The notes below the pieces were generated by a model. It did not search any database. It saw nothing but the letters and a program-made list of their open reading frames with translations, and was not told the DNA's origin. A program made the position numbers and the translations under genes. Of a stretch of 64,000 nt of DNA, positions 1-9,915 are shown in pieces; position 1 is the stretch's first letter; each line of letters opens with the position of its first letter. Source of the stretch: an uncultured bacterium (lineage in GTDB: Bacteria > Babelota > Babeliae > Babelales > Babelaceae); contig CAWFXL010000001.1 in assembly GCA_963819815.1 (NCBI GenBank), forward strand, positions 800,001 to 864,000. The letters are read 5' to 3'.

Positions 1-926
1 AAGGCCCAGGTAAGCCCACCTTCTTGCGAAGGAACCAGCGCTAACCCAAAATTCTGGCGATAGCTCATGAGCCGATGCTCACCGGTAATATGGACATGAG
101 GAACAATCCCCTTCTCTTTATCCTGTGCCATAGGGCATATGAGCAACTTTCCTTCCGATCCTTTCAAAGCAGGGCATCTGAGTTCTGACGAAGAAGGTAC
201 ATCACTGATCTTAATCACCTGATTACGATCCTGGAGAAACAGCGCACGCGGTAATGTAGAAAAAAATCGTGAAATAGGGGCATCAAGGTTTGTGGATCCC
301 GACCGTTGGATAAGCTCTCTTTTTAGACCATACCCTAACCAGGTATTCTCAGCTTCTTGGCTTCCTGCAATATAGATAACCTGGGATGGATTTACTTTCA
401 TAAGCTCTAAAAGCAGTGTAAGCGTTTCCAAATTAAGTGGCGAGTTATCAACGACGTTCCCAAGTGATACGATAAAGGTATCTGGTTTGGTAATCTTTAA
501 GCTTTCGTCTATGATACCCCGTGCTGCAAGCTCGGTAAGAACGCGTACCAGAGAATGAAATGCCCCATATAAAGGACCGAGCATAATAAATTCTGAGCCC
601 GTACGAGGATTCATAACAAGCTCATACACACCCTGATAGCCCTGCTTTTCACGCGCGAGCGTCACCTCTGAAAGAAGTTGAGTAAATTTCTGAATGGTCC
701 AATGGGAATCTTCAATACCCAAGAACATGAGAGTTCGCGATAGGTACGAAGGGCCCTGCTGCCGATACCAGGATGCATAATCTGGATAAAACTGATTTAC
801 CCCTACCTGGACATGGGGAGCTTCTTGAATAGTCATTGCATAGTTCTGAGCTTGCTTAAGCGTAAAAGTACCTTCAAGAGGAGCTCCCATGATTAAGCCC
901 AGAATCAATATGCTACTTCGTTTCAT
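1..926 (-). CDS. Signal-peptide protein with degenerate PPP/metallophosphoesterase domain (3' end runs off the window)
   Basis: Not in the ORF track; translated by hand from ATG 926: MKRSSILILGLIMG... GPLYGAFHSL, LGNVVDNSP and IAGSQE align to the PPP motifs GDIHG, LGDYVDRG and LRGNHE. Confidence 0.75.
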   Translation of the reverse strand, partial: MKRSSILILGLIMGAPLEGTFTLKQAQNYAMTIQEAPHVQVGVNQFYPDYASWYRQQGPSYLSRTLMFLGIEDSHWTIQKFTQLLSEVTLAREKQGYQGVYELVMNPRTGSEFIMLGPLYGAFHSLVRVLTELAARGIIDESLKITKPDTFIVSLGNVVDNSPLNLETLTLLLELMKVNPSQVIYIAGSQEAENTWLGYGLKRELIQRSGSTNLDAPISRFFSTLPRALFLQDRNQVIKISDVPSSSELRCPALKGSEGKLLICPMAQDKEKGIVPHVHITGEHRLMSYRQNFGLALVPSQEGGLTWA

Positions 927-927
927 A

Positions 928-1977
928 CTAGCCTTTCACAATCCAAATGAATGCGATAATTACGAATGCATGTAACAGGAGCACGATTGTTCGAGGATAC
1001 CTATCTCGAATTCCTGGTATCCCCACATTGATAAAAAAGGCCATACAAACGGCAAACAGAAATAAGAAGAAGAGTGAGTCACTCTCCATAAAATACCCAA
1101 CTTGAGGAGCAAGCCGATCAATCACAAATCGATAGGCCAAAATACCGGTTATAGCTCCTGCCGTTAAGGAAGCAATGGAAGTTTTATAATTTTCCATATC
1201 AAGAGCGAAAGTGAACATCGCCATAAAAAAGAGCAGAAGCAAAGGGAAAATAATCAAAATCGCCTGACGCACCCCCGAATGTACAAAATCTAAAGCAAAG
1301 ATAACTCGTGGGTGAGCTACATCATATTCCCGATGCGATTTGTCCACGCGAGCAACTGAATACCCTGGATACACGCGGGTCCCATAGATTTTCCATCCTG
1401 CATAGGAAAGCTCTGGTGAAAGCACCAGCTCATCATAGGTTGAATCAAATATCACCTCCCCTGGAGAGACATTATTATTATCCATGGTAATACATATCGT
1501 ATGGCTATCAAAAGGAAATGCGGCAAATGTTGGGTTAGCTTTAAAGCTTACTCGAATATCATAGCGCGCGAGTAGCTTCCCTTGCACGATCCTGGTAGAC
1601 GGTTGCGATATTGAGAGAATCTTCCCCTTTTCAAAAGAAAATTTTCCTAAGGTATCGAGCGAAACGATACTCGGATCAAAATAGAACCAGAGGATTCCTG
1701 AAAACTCAAAGCGGTTATCGACGATATTAAACTCTGAAAAGTCCCTGATATACAGACCAACTTTCACCTCTGCAGGTTGCCCCATTTGTTCAATAGTCTT
1801 GGGCAAAATGGGAAGCAGCTCAGGCATCGGGTCAAGGGTATCTGAGGAACTTGAAATAAATTCCTGACTTGCACGATACATAAAAAAGCAGATCAGTACC
1901 GCCGAGAAAAGAATCGTATATACTGAAAAGTATGCCATCGATTCTGATGTGAATACTGGCAGATTTTTTTGCTCCAT
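928..1977 (-). CDS. Pentameric ligand-gated ion channel (GLIC/ELIC-like) homolog with an extra N-terminal TM helix
   Basis: VKVGLYIRDF beta-strand start, FPFD Pro-loop, GW motif, four C-terminal hydrophobic helices with the P-x-V-G-Y M2-M3 loop. Confidence 0.8.
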   Translation of the reverse strand: MEQKNLPVFTSESMAYFSVYTILFSAVLICFFMYRASQEFISSSSDTLDPMPELLPILPKTIEQMGQPAEVKVGLYIRDFSEFNIVDNRFEFSGILWFYFDPSIVSLDTLGKFSFEKGKILSISQPSTRIVQGKLLARYDIRVSFKANPTFAAFPFDSHTICITMDNNNVSPGEVIFDSTYDELVLSPELSYAGWKIYGTRVYPGYSVARVDKSHREYDVAHPRVIFALDFVHSGVRQAILIIFPLLLLFFMAMFTFALDMENYKTSIASLTAGAITGILAYRFVIDRLAPQVGYFMESDSLFFLFLFAVCMAFFINVGIPGIRDRYPRTIVLLLHAFVIIAFIWIVKG

Positions 1978-2004
1978 CTGTTCGATCCTATCACTTCATA
2001 TACT

Positions 2005-3357
2005 CTAAAAAAAATAGAGTGCTTCTAGCAAGATACGGTACACTGCTGTAGGAACAGCATGAACTACCTGCGCTCTATTGTTCAGTCTACCATACGCAGA
2101 CCAAGTAATATCAAGTTCTGCTCCAAATTGGAATAGATTTGTTTTATATCTGATACGTGGCGCAAACCTTCCCAGATAGGCAAGGGTAGGATCTAGAGCA
2201 AATACCACCGGCTGCTTCGTCGTTTTATCAATATAGAGGCGATGCGATGATCCGAGTGCCTTTGTATACCCAAGAAAACCTCCAACGCTCACCGTTTCAT
2301 TATGAAACCAATACGCAGTATCTATCCATGCGCTCACTGCTTGGGTATTTGCAAAGCTTTGCTGACCGGTAACAGGGTTTATAGATCTGACAGCAAAGCC
2401 ACTTAAAAGAAGTAGACTTGCACCATTCTGGTCATAAATAAACTTGGTCCGCACCTGGAATTTTTTGCCATTATAGGCCGCATAGAGCTCGCAACAAGCA
2501 CTATCAATTTTCTCATGAACAGCAAACCCCTTCTCACTCTCTATATGAGGAGCGATCCGTTTATAATTACCGCCCGCCCCTATGACCACATCCGTATAAG
2601 GAAACAAGCGTACTTGAGCATGAATCTCAGGTATCAACCCATTTCTCGTAATGTCTGTCGTCCCAATAGGTCCTAGAACTGGATAATCAGGACCTACAAT
2701 GAAGGCCAGAATAAATTCCTTGTCAGCACCTCGTGCTGTAAGACGTATTTGGGGGTCTCGGTCGAGTGCCTCAATAGGTGCACCATTGGCAAATGAGATC
2801 GTTTCAGGAAAACAATCGGGGACAAACATAGGATGCCAGTACTGTCCTGCAAGGAAACTAAGGCCAGGTCTATTAATCTCTGCATAAGCATGACGCAACC
2901 GAAAGGCTCCCGTTGAGGGATCGGTTATCCCAAGAAAATCACCTTCAATAAGCCCTTTGAGCGTCCCTTCACGCCAGTTCCAAACCCCTTGCAAACCCAA
3001 CCTACTCTGTATAGCAGTAATACCGAAGTGGCCATGAGCATTAATATCTATTTTCATAGGGTCAAGCAGTACCGGCGCTGGCCAAAGAAGGACAAACCCA
3101 TCACGAGGGGCTTCCACCTGACGAGTATCAAAAAAAAGGTCTGCTGCGGCATAGCCGTAGGGAGTTACCTCAATACCACAAAAATCAATGCTTGAACTTG
3201 AGGCACTAAAGAGCAACAAAATAAAAAGAGTTACACAATGTTTTTGAAACATACCACTACTTCGGAAAAATTCGATTCTTTCGACGTAGCATACCATGAA
3301 GAACCCCTCAGGTAAATGTAGATCTCTGCATATGAATATGCTCACTATACTCGACAA
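2005..3357 (-). CDS. DcaP-like outer-membrane porin (true start probably downstream, near MFQKH)
   Basis: YGY..AD, QSRLG, IEGDF, FRLRHAY, LAGQ.W motifs; C-terminal aromatic YFF. Confidence 0.7.
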   Translation of the reverse strand: MSSIVSIFICRDLHLPEGFFMVCYVERIEFFRSSGMFQKHCVTLFILLLFSASSSSIDFCGIEVTPYGYAAADLFFDTRQVEAPRDGFVLLWPAPVLLDPMKIDINAHGHFGITAIQSRLGLQGVWNWREGTLKGLIEGDFLGITDPSTGAFRLRHAYAEINRPGLSFLAGQYWHPMFVPDCFPETISFANGAPIEALDRDPQIRLTARGADKEFILAFIVGPDYPVLGPIGTTDITRNGLIPEIHAQVRLFPYTDVVIGAGGNYKRIAPHIESEKGFAVHEKIDSACCELYAAYNGKKFQVRTKFIYDQNGASLLLLSGFAVRSINPVTGQQSFANTQAVSAWIDTAYWFHNETVSVGGFLGYTKALGSSHRLYIDKTTKQPVVFALDPTLAYLGRFAPRIRYKTNLFQFGAELDITWSAYGRLNNRAQVVHAVPTAVYRILLEALYFF

Positions 3358-3368
3358 CTCAACTGAGA

Positions 3369-4358
3369 CTAGGCTTGTACTGCATTGTAATAATGATCAA
3401 TCCAAGCTTGAGGATTATGCATACGCGTATTACCTCTTTTGAATGCCCTCAAACCAGCATTTAAAAGATTATAGGGGTCTGCATTGCGTCGTGTATCTTT
3501 AGTATCTATAGGAAAAAGGCGACATCCTTGAAGAATACAATTACCAAGAACAATATCATTATGGTCATCACAAGTTTTTCTCAAGCGCAACAACTCTTTC
3601 CTCAGAACGTCATCTCCTGGATATACACCATAGAGCATACAAAATGTTACTAGATTTATGCCGTGCACCCATCTCAAGGGGTATGGAAGACCCTCCTTAT
3701 AAAACTCCTTATGATTGAATGTACTATGCACTTCATAGCGACGTTTTGAAGCGGGACTCTTCATTTGGGTAAACCGGGCAAGATCAAGACCCGTCTTCGG
3801 TATTGATGAAAGATATAATGAGGGGCCGGTACTCAGGGCCTTCGCCACACAAGAAATTCTTGTATTTCTCTGAAGAATCTTTTCAAAAGCTTCCGACTCA
3901 GCACACATAAATACATAATCTCCGAGCGAAGTAAGCGTAGCTATAATTCTCTGCGCGGGCAGAGTGAAGTACTGTGAAAGATCATGCACGATGACCACAT
4001 CAAAGTGCTCACAGCGACTCAAAATATCAAGCATATCAAGAGAAAGACGTGGTGGCACCATTATTGAAACTGCAGTCCTGTATATCGGCTGTACCTGCCT
4101 TATGAGGGCATCGGCATCTCCCCCTATAATAACAAGCTCGCCTATCAGCCGTTTCTGATAGGGAAGTTCGGCCAGATAGATTGAAGACTGTTCACCAATC
4201 TCTAAGAGAGTAAATGGACGCTGATAGTTGCTTATAACAGCCGTCACTGCATCGACATGAGCAGGATCAAGCTTTCCATGAACTACCTGAACTACAAAAA
4301 GTGGTATCCATAACGCGCAGAGTCTGCTCATAGTATTCCTTGCTAGAATTATTTTCAA
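3369..4358 (-). CDS. Hypothetical exported protein with methyltransferase-like N-half and kinase-like HxDxxxxN motif (likely start ATG 4331)
   Basis: LLEIG and CEHFDVVI motifs; HNDIVLGN...PID near the C-terminus. Confidence 0.45.
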   Translation of the reverse strand: MKIILARNTMSRLCALWIPLFVVQVVHGKLDPAHVDAVTAVISNYQRPFTLLEIGEQSSIYLAELPYQKRLIGELVIIGGDADALIRQVQPIYRTAVSIMVPPRLSLDMLDILSRCEHFDVVIVHDLSQYFTLPAQRIIATLTSLGDYVFMCAESEAFEKILQRNTRISCVAKALSTGPSLYLSSIPKTGLDLARFTQMKSPASKRRYEVHSTFNHKEFYKEGLPYPLRWVHGINLVTFCMLYGVYPGDDVLRKELLRLRKTCDDHNDIVLGNCILQGCRLFPIDTKDTRRNADPYNLLNAGLRAFKRGNTRMHNPQAWIDHYYNAVQA

Positions 4359-4671
4359 TCATTGTCTTTGAAATTTAGCGTAAGCTGCTCATTTTGACAA
4401 GAGCCTCCAGCTGCCATGTTAAAATAATGAGCATTTCTATACAGCAGTATTAAAATCTCTAAGAAACTGTAATAGAAAATGCTCAGCTTGATTTCAATGT
4501 TAGATCTAACAAGAGCTTATAACTGAGATGAAGGCTTTACAACTCACTCAATAGATACGGTTACTAATACGTCAAAATGTATCAATTTGTCTTGCAACAT
4601 TTTGTAGATCCTAAAAATTCTGGTACAGTTAGAACAAGTATAGATATACGATACACCAGAAAGGCCTATAT

Positions 4672-5691
4672 ATGATAAATAAACGTCTTATCTTAGTAGC
4701 ACTCACCTGTATCCCCTCAGGGCAGGTGTATACGTGGCCCCTGAGCGACCATACGCTTCGTGAGGGCACGTACCTCACAGCAGCATTGGTAGCCACCGGC
4801 GCACTTGCTTACACCTATATGAATAAAAAAGCTCTGCAGACAAACTATGACGCTCACCTGAAACGATTTAAAAATCAGGAGCTACTCTCTGATGGCTATG
4901 AGAAGGTCCTAGCCGCGCTTGCAGACTATAAGGACTACGTGGAAATTATAGAACGTACTAAAGGACCTGAAGATGCAGCATCTCAACTCTGTCACTATCT
5001 CACTCAGGAATTTTCCTCAAATGCCCAATTACTTCATGCATTTAAGAAAGCTGTTCTTGATAGAAAACAAGAACTTGAGAAGAAGAATAAAGATGTTGAA
5101 CGGGCTCTCCTTGGGTGGCAACATAATAAAAAGAAGGCCCTCCTTACATCACAAGGACCTCTTCTAAAAAATACCTATTCGCTCATTCTTTCAACCCTAG
5201 ACACGTTGCATAAAAATATCCCTTATATCGAAGCACAATTCTTTGCAAAAGATCATAAAGATCTTTACGTAGAAGAGCGTGCACTAGAAAAATATCTTTC
5301 AGATAGCGCACAACTCAAGTACCAGCTTGATAAGCTTATTCGTAGCAAAGCACGCGTCGGAGAAAGGTATCCTTTCCGTGCCTATGCTCAGTGGGTCGAT
5401 CACAATCATGAGCTCATCGGCAGCCTTAAAAAAGAGCTTGAAACCTTTACTTACTATGAGTTCCAGGAACCTATTGTTACCTATGTAACATCAACGTACG
5501 CAATCTTCGATATTCTCAAAAAGCAGATTAAAGGCTCGCCTGAGTTTGAGGCAGAATGCGCGCAATTCAATGCAGAATTGCTTGCACGTGCTCGTGAAGA
5601 TGAGAACCGTAAACTCAAAGAGACACTTGACCATATGAAAAAAGAAATAAATACGCTTAAAAAGCCTGTTGAAGGTTCAATAAAAGCTTAA
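4672..5691 (+). CDS. Hypothetical protein with signal peptide, TM helix and coiled coil
   Basis: 339-aa ORF, hydrophobic N-terminal segments, helical charged body. Confidence 0.7.
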   Translation: MINKRLILVALTCIPSGQVYTWPLSDHTLREGTYLTAALVATGALAYTYMNKKALQTNYDAHLKRFKNQELLSDGYEKVLAALADYKDYVEIIERTKGPEDAASQLCHYLTQEFSSNAQLLHAFKKAVLDRKQELEKKNKDVERALLGWQHNKKKALLTSQGPLLKNTYSLILSTLDTLHKNIPYIEAQFFAKDHKDLYVEERALEKYLSDSAQLKYQLDKLIRSKARVGERYPFRAYAQWVDHNHELIGSLKKELETFTYYEFQEPIVTYVTSTYAIFDILKKQIKGSPEFEAECAQFNAELLARAREDENRKLKETLDHMKKEINTLKKPVEGSIKA

Positions 5692-5800
5692 ATCCTGTCT
5701 TAAAAATGTATCGGCACAGTGATTATGCACGTAGCATAGTATCTGTGCCGATGCTCATAAGAGCACCACGCACTTGTACCTAAGGGAAAGGATTTTACCT

Positions 5801-6241
5801 ATGGCCGGCGTCAATACCACAGCAACTCATAAATTTGTTATTGTGCTCAATGAAAAGTCCCCTATTGGGAAGTTACTGAGCGCAACTGGGCAAATTGCGA
5901 TGTCACTCTATACTGAGGCAAGCCATGAACAACGTACTGCTATGAGCTTTGTACCCTTCATAGGTACAGCCAATGATAGCCTGATTAGCCTATCAACATG
6001 CTCATTCGTGGTTCTTGCAGGTACCGGCAATCAGCTCCAGACTCTCTATACTACAGCCTACAAGCAAGGCTTGCTAACAGCTATCTTCACCAGTACCATG
6101 TCCTACAGTGGTATTGAAGAGGACCTCATCAAAAAGACGGCAACGACTCCGCTCGAGCACGTAGAACCCTACGGAGTGGGACTGTTTGGACAGGTGGAAG
6201 AGCTGGCACCTTTGACGAAGAAATTTTCAGTGTTCAAATAA
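5801..6241 (+). CDS. DUF2000 / PTH2-like fold protein
   Basis: KFVIVLN..GK...ATGQ start and YGVGLFG...LTKKFS end; ATG at 5801 preceded by GGAAAGGA. Confidence 0.7.
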   Translation: MAGVNTTATHKFVIVLNEKSPIGKLLSATGQIAMSLYTEASHEQRTAMSFVPFIGTANDSLISLSTCSFVVLAGTGNQLQTLYTTAYKQGLLTAIFTSTMSYSGIEEDLIKKTATTPLEHVEPYGVGLFGQVEELAPLTKKFSVFK

Positions 6242-6295
6242 GCACCTTATCTGAGCCATTCCAAGGATTGGAAGCTACCTTCTCTTGAAAAGAAA

Positions 6296-6745
6296 CTAAA
6301 GAACGCCCAATCTCTTGAGCTCATTACGCACATGGGAAAAATCGTATGCATGAATGCCAATAATCCCCACTTCTTGTGCCGCAACGATATTCATCTCTTG
6401 GTCATCAATAAAGACTGAGTCGCGAGGTTCAAGGTGGAACCGTGCAAGTAAGTACTGAAATATCGCAAGACTGGGCTTCTTAGCTAAAGCGGTGCTTGGT
6501 GTCACAATACCTTTAAAAGCACCCATAATATCGGGGTATTCTTGTTGGAGAATCTCCATATAAGGGATATGCATATTTGTGCAGATGTAGAGCGTATGAC
6601 CTTGTGTTTCTGCACTAACCATACACTCTTTAAGAACTTCAATGCCCTCCTTGCAAGGAACAAAGAGCTTACCCTGGGTACTGTCCTGAGTACCATGGTC
6701 AAAGAGTACTCCAGTAACATCAAAAATTATATTTTTACGCTTCAT
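6296..6745 (-). CDS. HAD-family phosphatase
   Basis: FDVTGVL motif I, KP motif III, FIDD motif IV. Confidence 0.85.
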   Translation of the reverse strand: MKRKNIIFDVTGVLFDHGTQDSTQGKLFVPCKEGIEVLKECMVSAETQGHTLYICTNMHIPYMEILQQEYPDIMGAFKGIVTPSTALAKKPSLAIFQYLLARFHLEPRDSVFIDDQEMNIVAAQEVGIIGIHAYDFSHVRNELKRLGVL

Positions 6746-6974
6746 ACAATGGTATCTCTTTCGTGGTGAACCACATAATGAACTATTTGGTTATTTTCTG
6801 AAGGCAACCTGGTTTCATACTAGCTACATCCTAATCTGTTCGTCTGAATAGCTACATCTGCAAACTATGGCTTCTCTTGTAAAGTCCATGGATGCCTAAT
6901 GTTCCGTTTCATGAAGAACTCTAGAAGGTATCAGTTTCTTCTAACCATTATTCAGATCATCATACACTGGTCCT

Positions 6975-7175
6975 AATGTTTTTCTCTCTCTTCATATCTC
7001 CATCGAGGCCCGAAGGTAATCGTTCAATTACCGGGACAACGTAAGCTAGTATAGCACAAAAAAGGGAGGTTGTGCCAAGGAATTCTTGGTCTAAGATATG
7101 CTCTATTATCCCTTCTGCAGGTTTAAGAGGCTAACCGTGCGTTGGGCTTGTACGATTTTATAACTGGGTAGGGTT
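6975..7175 (-). pseudogene. Decayed duplicate of the C-terminal half of the 7257..7715 gene
   Basis: Frameshifted pieces IVQAQRTVSL and EHILDQEFLGTTSLFCAILAYVVPVIERLPSGLD match FMEAQRAVIL and EHALYQEYLTKIPLFNAMLRAVLPVIEQLPRGLD. Confidence 0.75.
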
Positions 7176-7256
7176 CTTGCAATTTTTGTTTCAAGCGTGC
7201 CGCTCGAGTATCAGTGAGATTATGAGGTAATGGCAGGAGCTTCTTCATGAAAATCA

Positions 7257-7715
7257 TTATTCTTCTTCATGGTCTCTCTCTTCATATCGAATGTCGAGAC
7301 CCCGAGGCAATTGCTCAATAACGGGAAGTACTGCACGTAGCATAGCATTAAAAAGAGGTATTTTAGTAAGATATTCTTGATATAAAGCATGCTCTTGTAG
7401 GTGTTCTGAACGCCGGAAAAGGATAACCGCGCGTTGGGCCTCCATAAATTCTTCAACAAGGTACGGGGTTACCAGCTTTTCTTGCGCAAGTTCATAGAGA
7501 ACGTGGGCAGCTTGATCTTCTTCGGGAGCTTTTTCAGCACTAAAGTACGCATGGTAGACCTCTTTGAGGAGCTCTTCAGTGATCACCATGCACTCTATGA
7601 ACTCAACAACCGGTTCTGCTCCAGCTTGAAATGGGGAAGAAAGCTTATCTTCTAACCCCTGTAGAGAATCCTGTAACTCAGCAATAATGTTCTGATACGA
7701 TTCTTTTTCATTCAT
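7257..7715 (-). CDS. HEPN/HI0074-like helical protein, degenerate (A-type)
   Basis: Size and helix pattern shared with the upstream array; ends with an SD-ATG overlap like the other A genes. Confidence 0.5.
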   Translation of the reverse strand: MNEKESYQNIIAELQDSLQGLEDKLSSPFQAGAEPVVEFIECMVITEELLKEVYHAYFSAEKAPEEDQAAHVLYELAQEKLVTPYLVEEFMEAQRAVILFRRSEHLQEHALYQEYLTKIPLFNAMLRAVLPVIEQLPRGLDIRYEERDHEEE

Positions 7716-7839
7716 ACTTCGTCCTTTGCATCGACCGACACTCTTTGTGTACCCGACTTCAAACGGAGCTTCGAAGCTCTCTCAAAATCCTTTGCCAACT
7801 TACACTAGTGAGATAGCACATGCATAGTATAAGCGAGCT

Positions 7840-8349
7840 CTAGTGCTGCTCAATTAAGGTGAGCATTTCATGCATCGTTTCGTAGTAGATACAAATCTTC
7901 TTACAACTCTCCTTGAGAAACTCCTGCTCAAGATACGAAACTCCAGGCCATCGAGCGGTCTCTAGGAAAAGTACAAACTTTTTCATATCGAGAAGGACAT
8001 CAACCTGCTGCTGAGTGATTCTCTGGTCTGACTGTAACTCACGTAGCTGCAAAGCCCTCACCTCCCATACCCATGCTGATTGGTCAACTTCAGGATACAG
8101 ACTATCTAAATATTCTGGAAGAATAATCCCATCAAATATCCAGTACGACTCTAAAAAATAGGATATACAGGCAACTTCTTCATCATACGTTAAGTCGGAC
8201 GACTTTTTAACAAGGTCGTCCAATGCGCTAAAATTTTCATTAAAGGTATGAAGGTAGTGTCTATTTGATTGTCTTCGTTGAAGATAGAAATATAAGATGA
8301 TGCCACCTAAGATAACTCCGTAGATAAGTAGTTTCACAATAAGATCCAT
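7840..8349 (-). CDS. Membrane-anchored HEPN/HI0074-like protein
   Basis: N-terminal TM helix, then F..L...ACISYF..SY, IT....LLDM and I..YY..M pattern. Confidence 0.5.
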   Translation of the reverse strand: MDLIVKLLIYGVILGGIILYFYLQRRQSNRHYLHTFNENFSALDDLVKKSSDLTYDEEVACISYFLESYWIFDGIILPEYLDSLYPEVDQSAWVWEVRALQLRELQSDQRITQQQVDVLLDMKKFVLFLETARWPGVSYLEQEFLKESCKKICIYYETMHEMLTLIEQH

Positions 8350-8380
8350 ATCTAACTCCTACAGGTAACTACGAAATTTC

Positions 8381-8815
8381 TTAAAGAGCATGCTTACACA
8401 TAGTAGAATCGACGACTTTTTTAAGGAGCTGGTACAATGGTTCAGCACAAAGTTCAATAATCTTCTCTTCAGAATCAACGTCAACGTGACAAACTCGAGA
8501 TGCCATAGTAATTGCTGTAAGTCTGAGAAATAGCTCCTCATCTTCCCCGTCAAGAACACCTTTCTTTACAAAGTACTCAGCTATCTGCTCAGGATCCATG
8601 TTAGTTTGCTCTTCTTCAGGTAGCCCAGTAATCTCGCAAAGATAGGTAAAAAGAGCCATAAAACCTACGTTAAATCGCCTCATAAGAGCTTGATTCCTAA
8701 TAAATTTTGGCACTTCAGGTGCATCAAGGCTCATAAATTCACCGAATAGCTCTACACTATAAGCAAGATCTGCATGGAGATTTGAAGCTGTTTTCTTTTG
8801 ATTAGAATAGTTCAT
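8381..8815 (-). CDS. HEPN/HI0074-like protein, B-type copy 3
   Basis: ADL..SVELFG, FIRNQALMRRF, YFVKKG shared with 9466..9915. Confidence 0.6.
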   Translation of the reverse strand: MNYSNQKKTASNLHADLAYSVELFGEFMSLDAPEVPKFIRNQALMRRFNVGFMALFTYLCEITGLPEEEQTNMDPEQIAEYFVKKGVLDGEDEELFLRLTAITMASRVCHVDVDSEEKIIELCAEPLYQLLKKVVDSTMCKHAL

Positions 8816-9326
8816 GTTCAGACTCCTCCGTCACTACCGATAATCTTTGAGAAAGCATCCCCGAAAAATTTGTCAGTATATGATAATAGCGAGGCAACTT
8901 CTTGCAATGGTCATCAAATACCTCGAGCTGTTCAGGCATCTCCCACCAACCTTTATCTAGAGATAAAAACTGCGCAGCCCCAATAAACTCAATAATATCA
9001 ACATATTCTTTGTCAGTAAGCAGTCCCTCGTTGTATAGGGCAAAGAGTACTATACTAATAGCCCGGTCTTGTTCCGTTTCCTCTTCATGGTGGTGCCCCT
9101 CTTCTTCCCCAGATGGAAGCATAGGATCATACATCATTTCAAGAAGGTGGGAAAAGGTATAAAAACACCTATTCAAAACTTCAAGTCGAGCCTCAAGGAT
9201 CATGCGTTCAATGAGAGGATCTTTTGGTGACCGTGGCACAGAAGATTCGAACTGCTCTTGAAGGAGGCTTAACCGAGCATTCAGCTCTTGAAAGACATCA
9301 ATGTCTACTTTATTGAGTAATGTCAT
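8802..9326 (-). CDS. HEPN/HI0074-like protein, A-type copy 3
   Basis: ILEAR, D[KR]xW, LPRYYH..FSGMLSQRL..ESEH shared with 9902..10399. Confidence 0.6.
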   Translation of the reverse strand: MTLLNKVDIDVFQELNARLSLLQEQFESSVPRSPKDPLIERMILEARLEVLNRCFYTFSHLLEMMYDPMLPSGEEEGHHHEEETEQDRAISIVLFALYNEGLLTDKEYVDIIEFIGAAQFLSLDKGWWEMPEQLEVFDDHCKKLPRYYHILTNFSGMLSQRLSVVTEESEHELF

Positions 9327-9465
9327 GCTCGTACCCTTTCAACTGCATCCTGGTTTCAGACGAGGTTTGCTAACCAGAACGATTATGTAAACTTCACTAT
9401 ACACGCACTACAATGTACACGATTCTCAAAAAAAACCCAGAACTGTGGCTCCCAAGGATCTGACT

Positions 9466-9915
9466 TTAGAGAGGAGAATGGGAACTACCCAAATCAACAA
9501 CTTTCTTAAGAAATGCATACACCCGCTGAACGTTTATCATAATCTTCTCTTCATCAGGATATTTACCATGAGATGACCATCGAATCGCCATATACATACT
9601 TGCAAGCATGACATACGATTCTTTGTCGCTCTCTTCAAATAAGCCCTTCTTAATAAAATAGTCAGCAAACTCTTCAGGCTGCTTTTGTACAGACCCATCC
9701 TGTTGTACGAAATCATCAGGCATCGATGACGCCTCACGCAGATAGGCAAAAAGAATAACGAAGCTTAAGCTCAGGCGACGCATACATGCTTGATTACGTA
9801 TAAAACTTGGTATATCAGATGGCTCATGATGCAAAAAAGTACCAAAGAGTTCAACCGTCTGCGTAAGATCTGCAATCACTGAAGATGATGCTTTTTCTTT
9901 ATCATGTGCGTGCAT
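9466..9915 (-). CDS. HEPN/HI0074-like protein, B-type copy 2
   Basis: Clear paralog of 8381..8815. Confidence 0.6.
   Translation of the reverse strand: MHAHDKEKASSSVIADLTQTVELFGTFLHHEPSDIPSFIRNQACMRRLSLSFVILFAYLREASSMPDDFVQQDGSVQKQPEEFADYFIKKGLFEESDKESYVMLASMYMAIRWSSHGKYPDEEKIMINVQRVYAFLKKVVDLGSSHSPL

Noticed and set aside
1..120. HVH motif suggesting a HIT protein in the first ORF
   Set aside because: Only two His (PHVHIT) and the rest of the protein follows phosphatase-fold motifs
4428..4485. Imperfect inverted repeat TGAGCATTT.CTAT..ACAG / CTGT..ATAG.AAATGCTCA in a divergent intergenic region
   Set aside because: Single occurrence in AT-rich DNA; cannot distinguish an operator from chance
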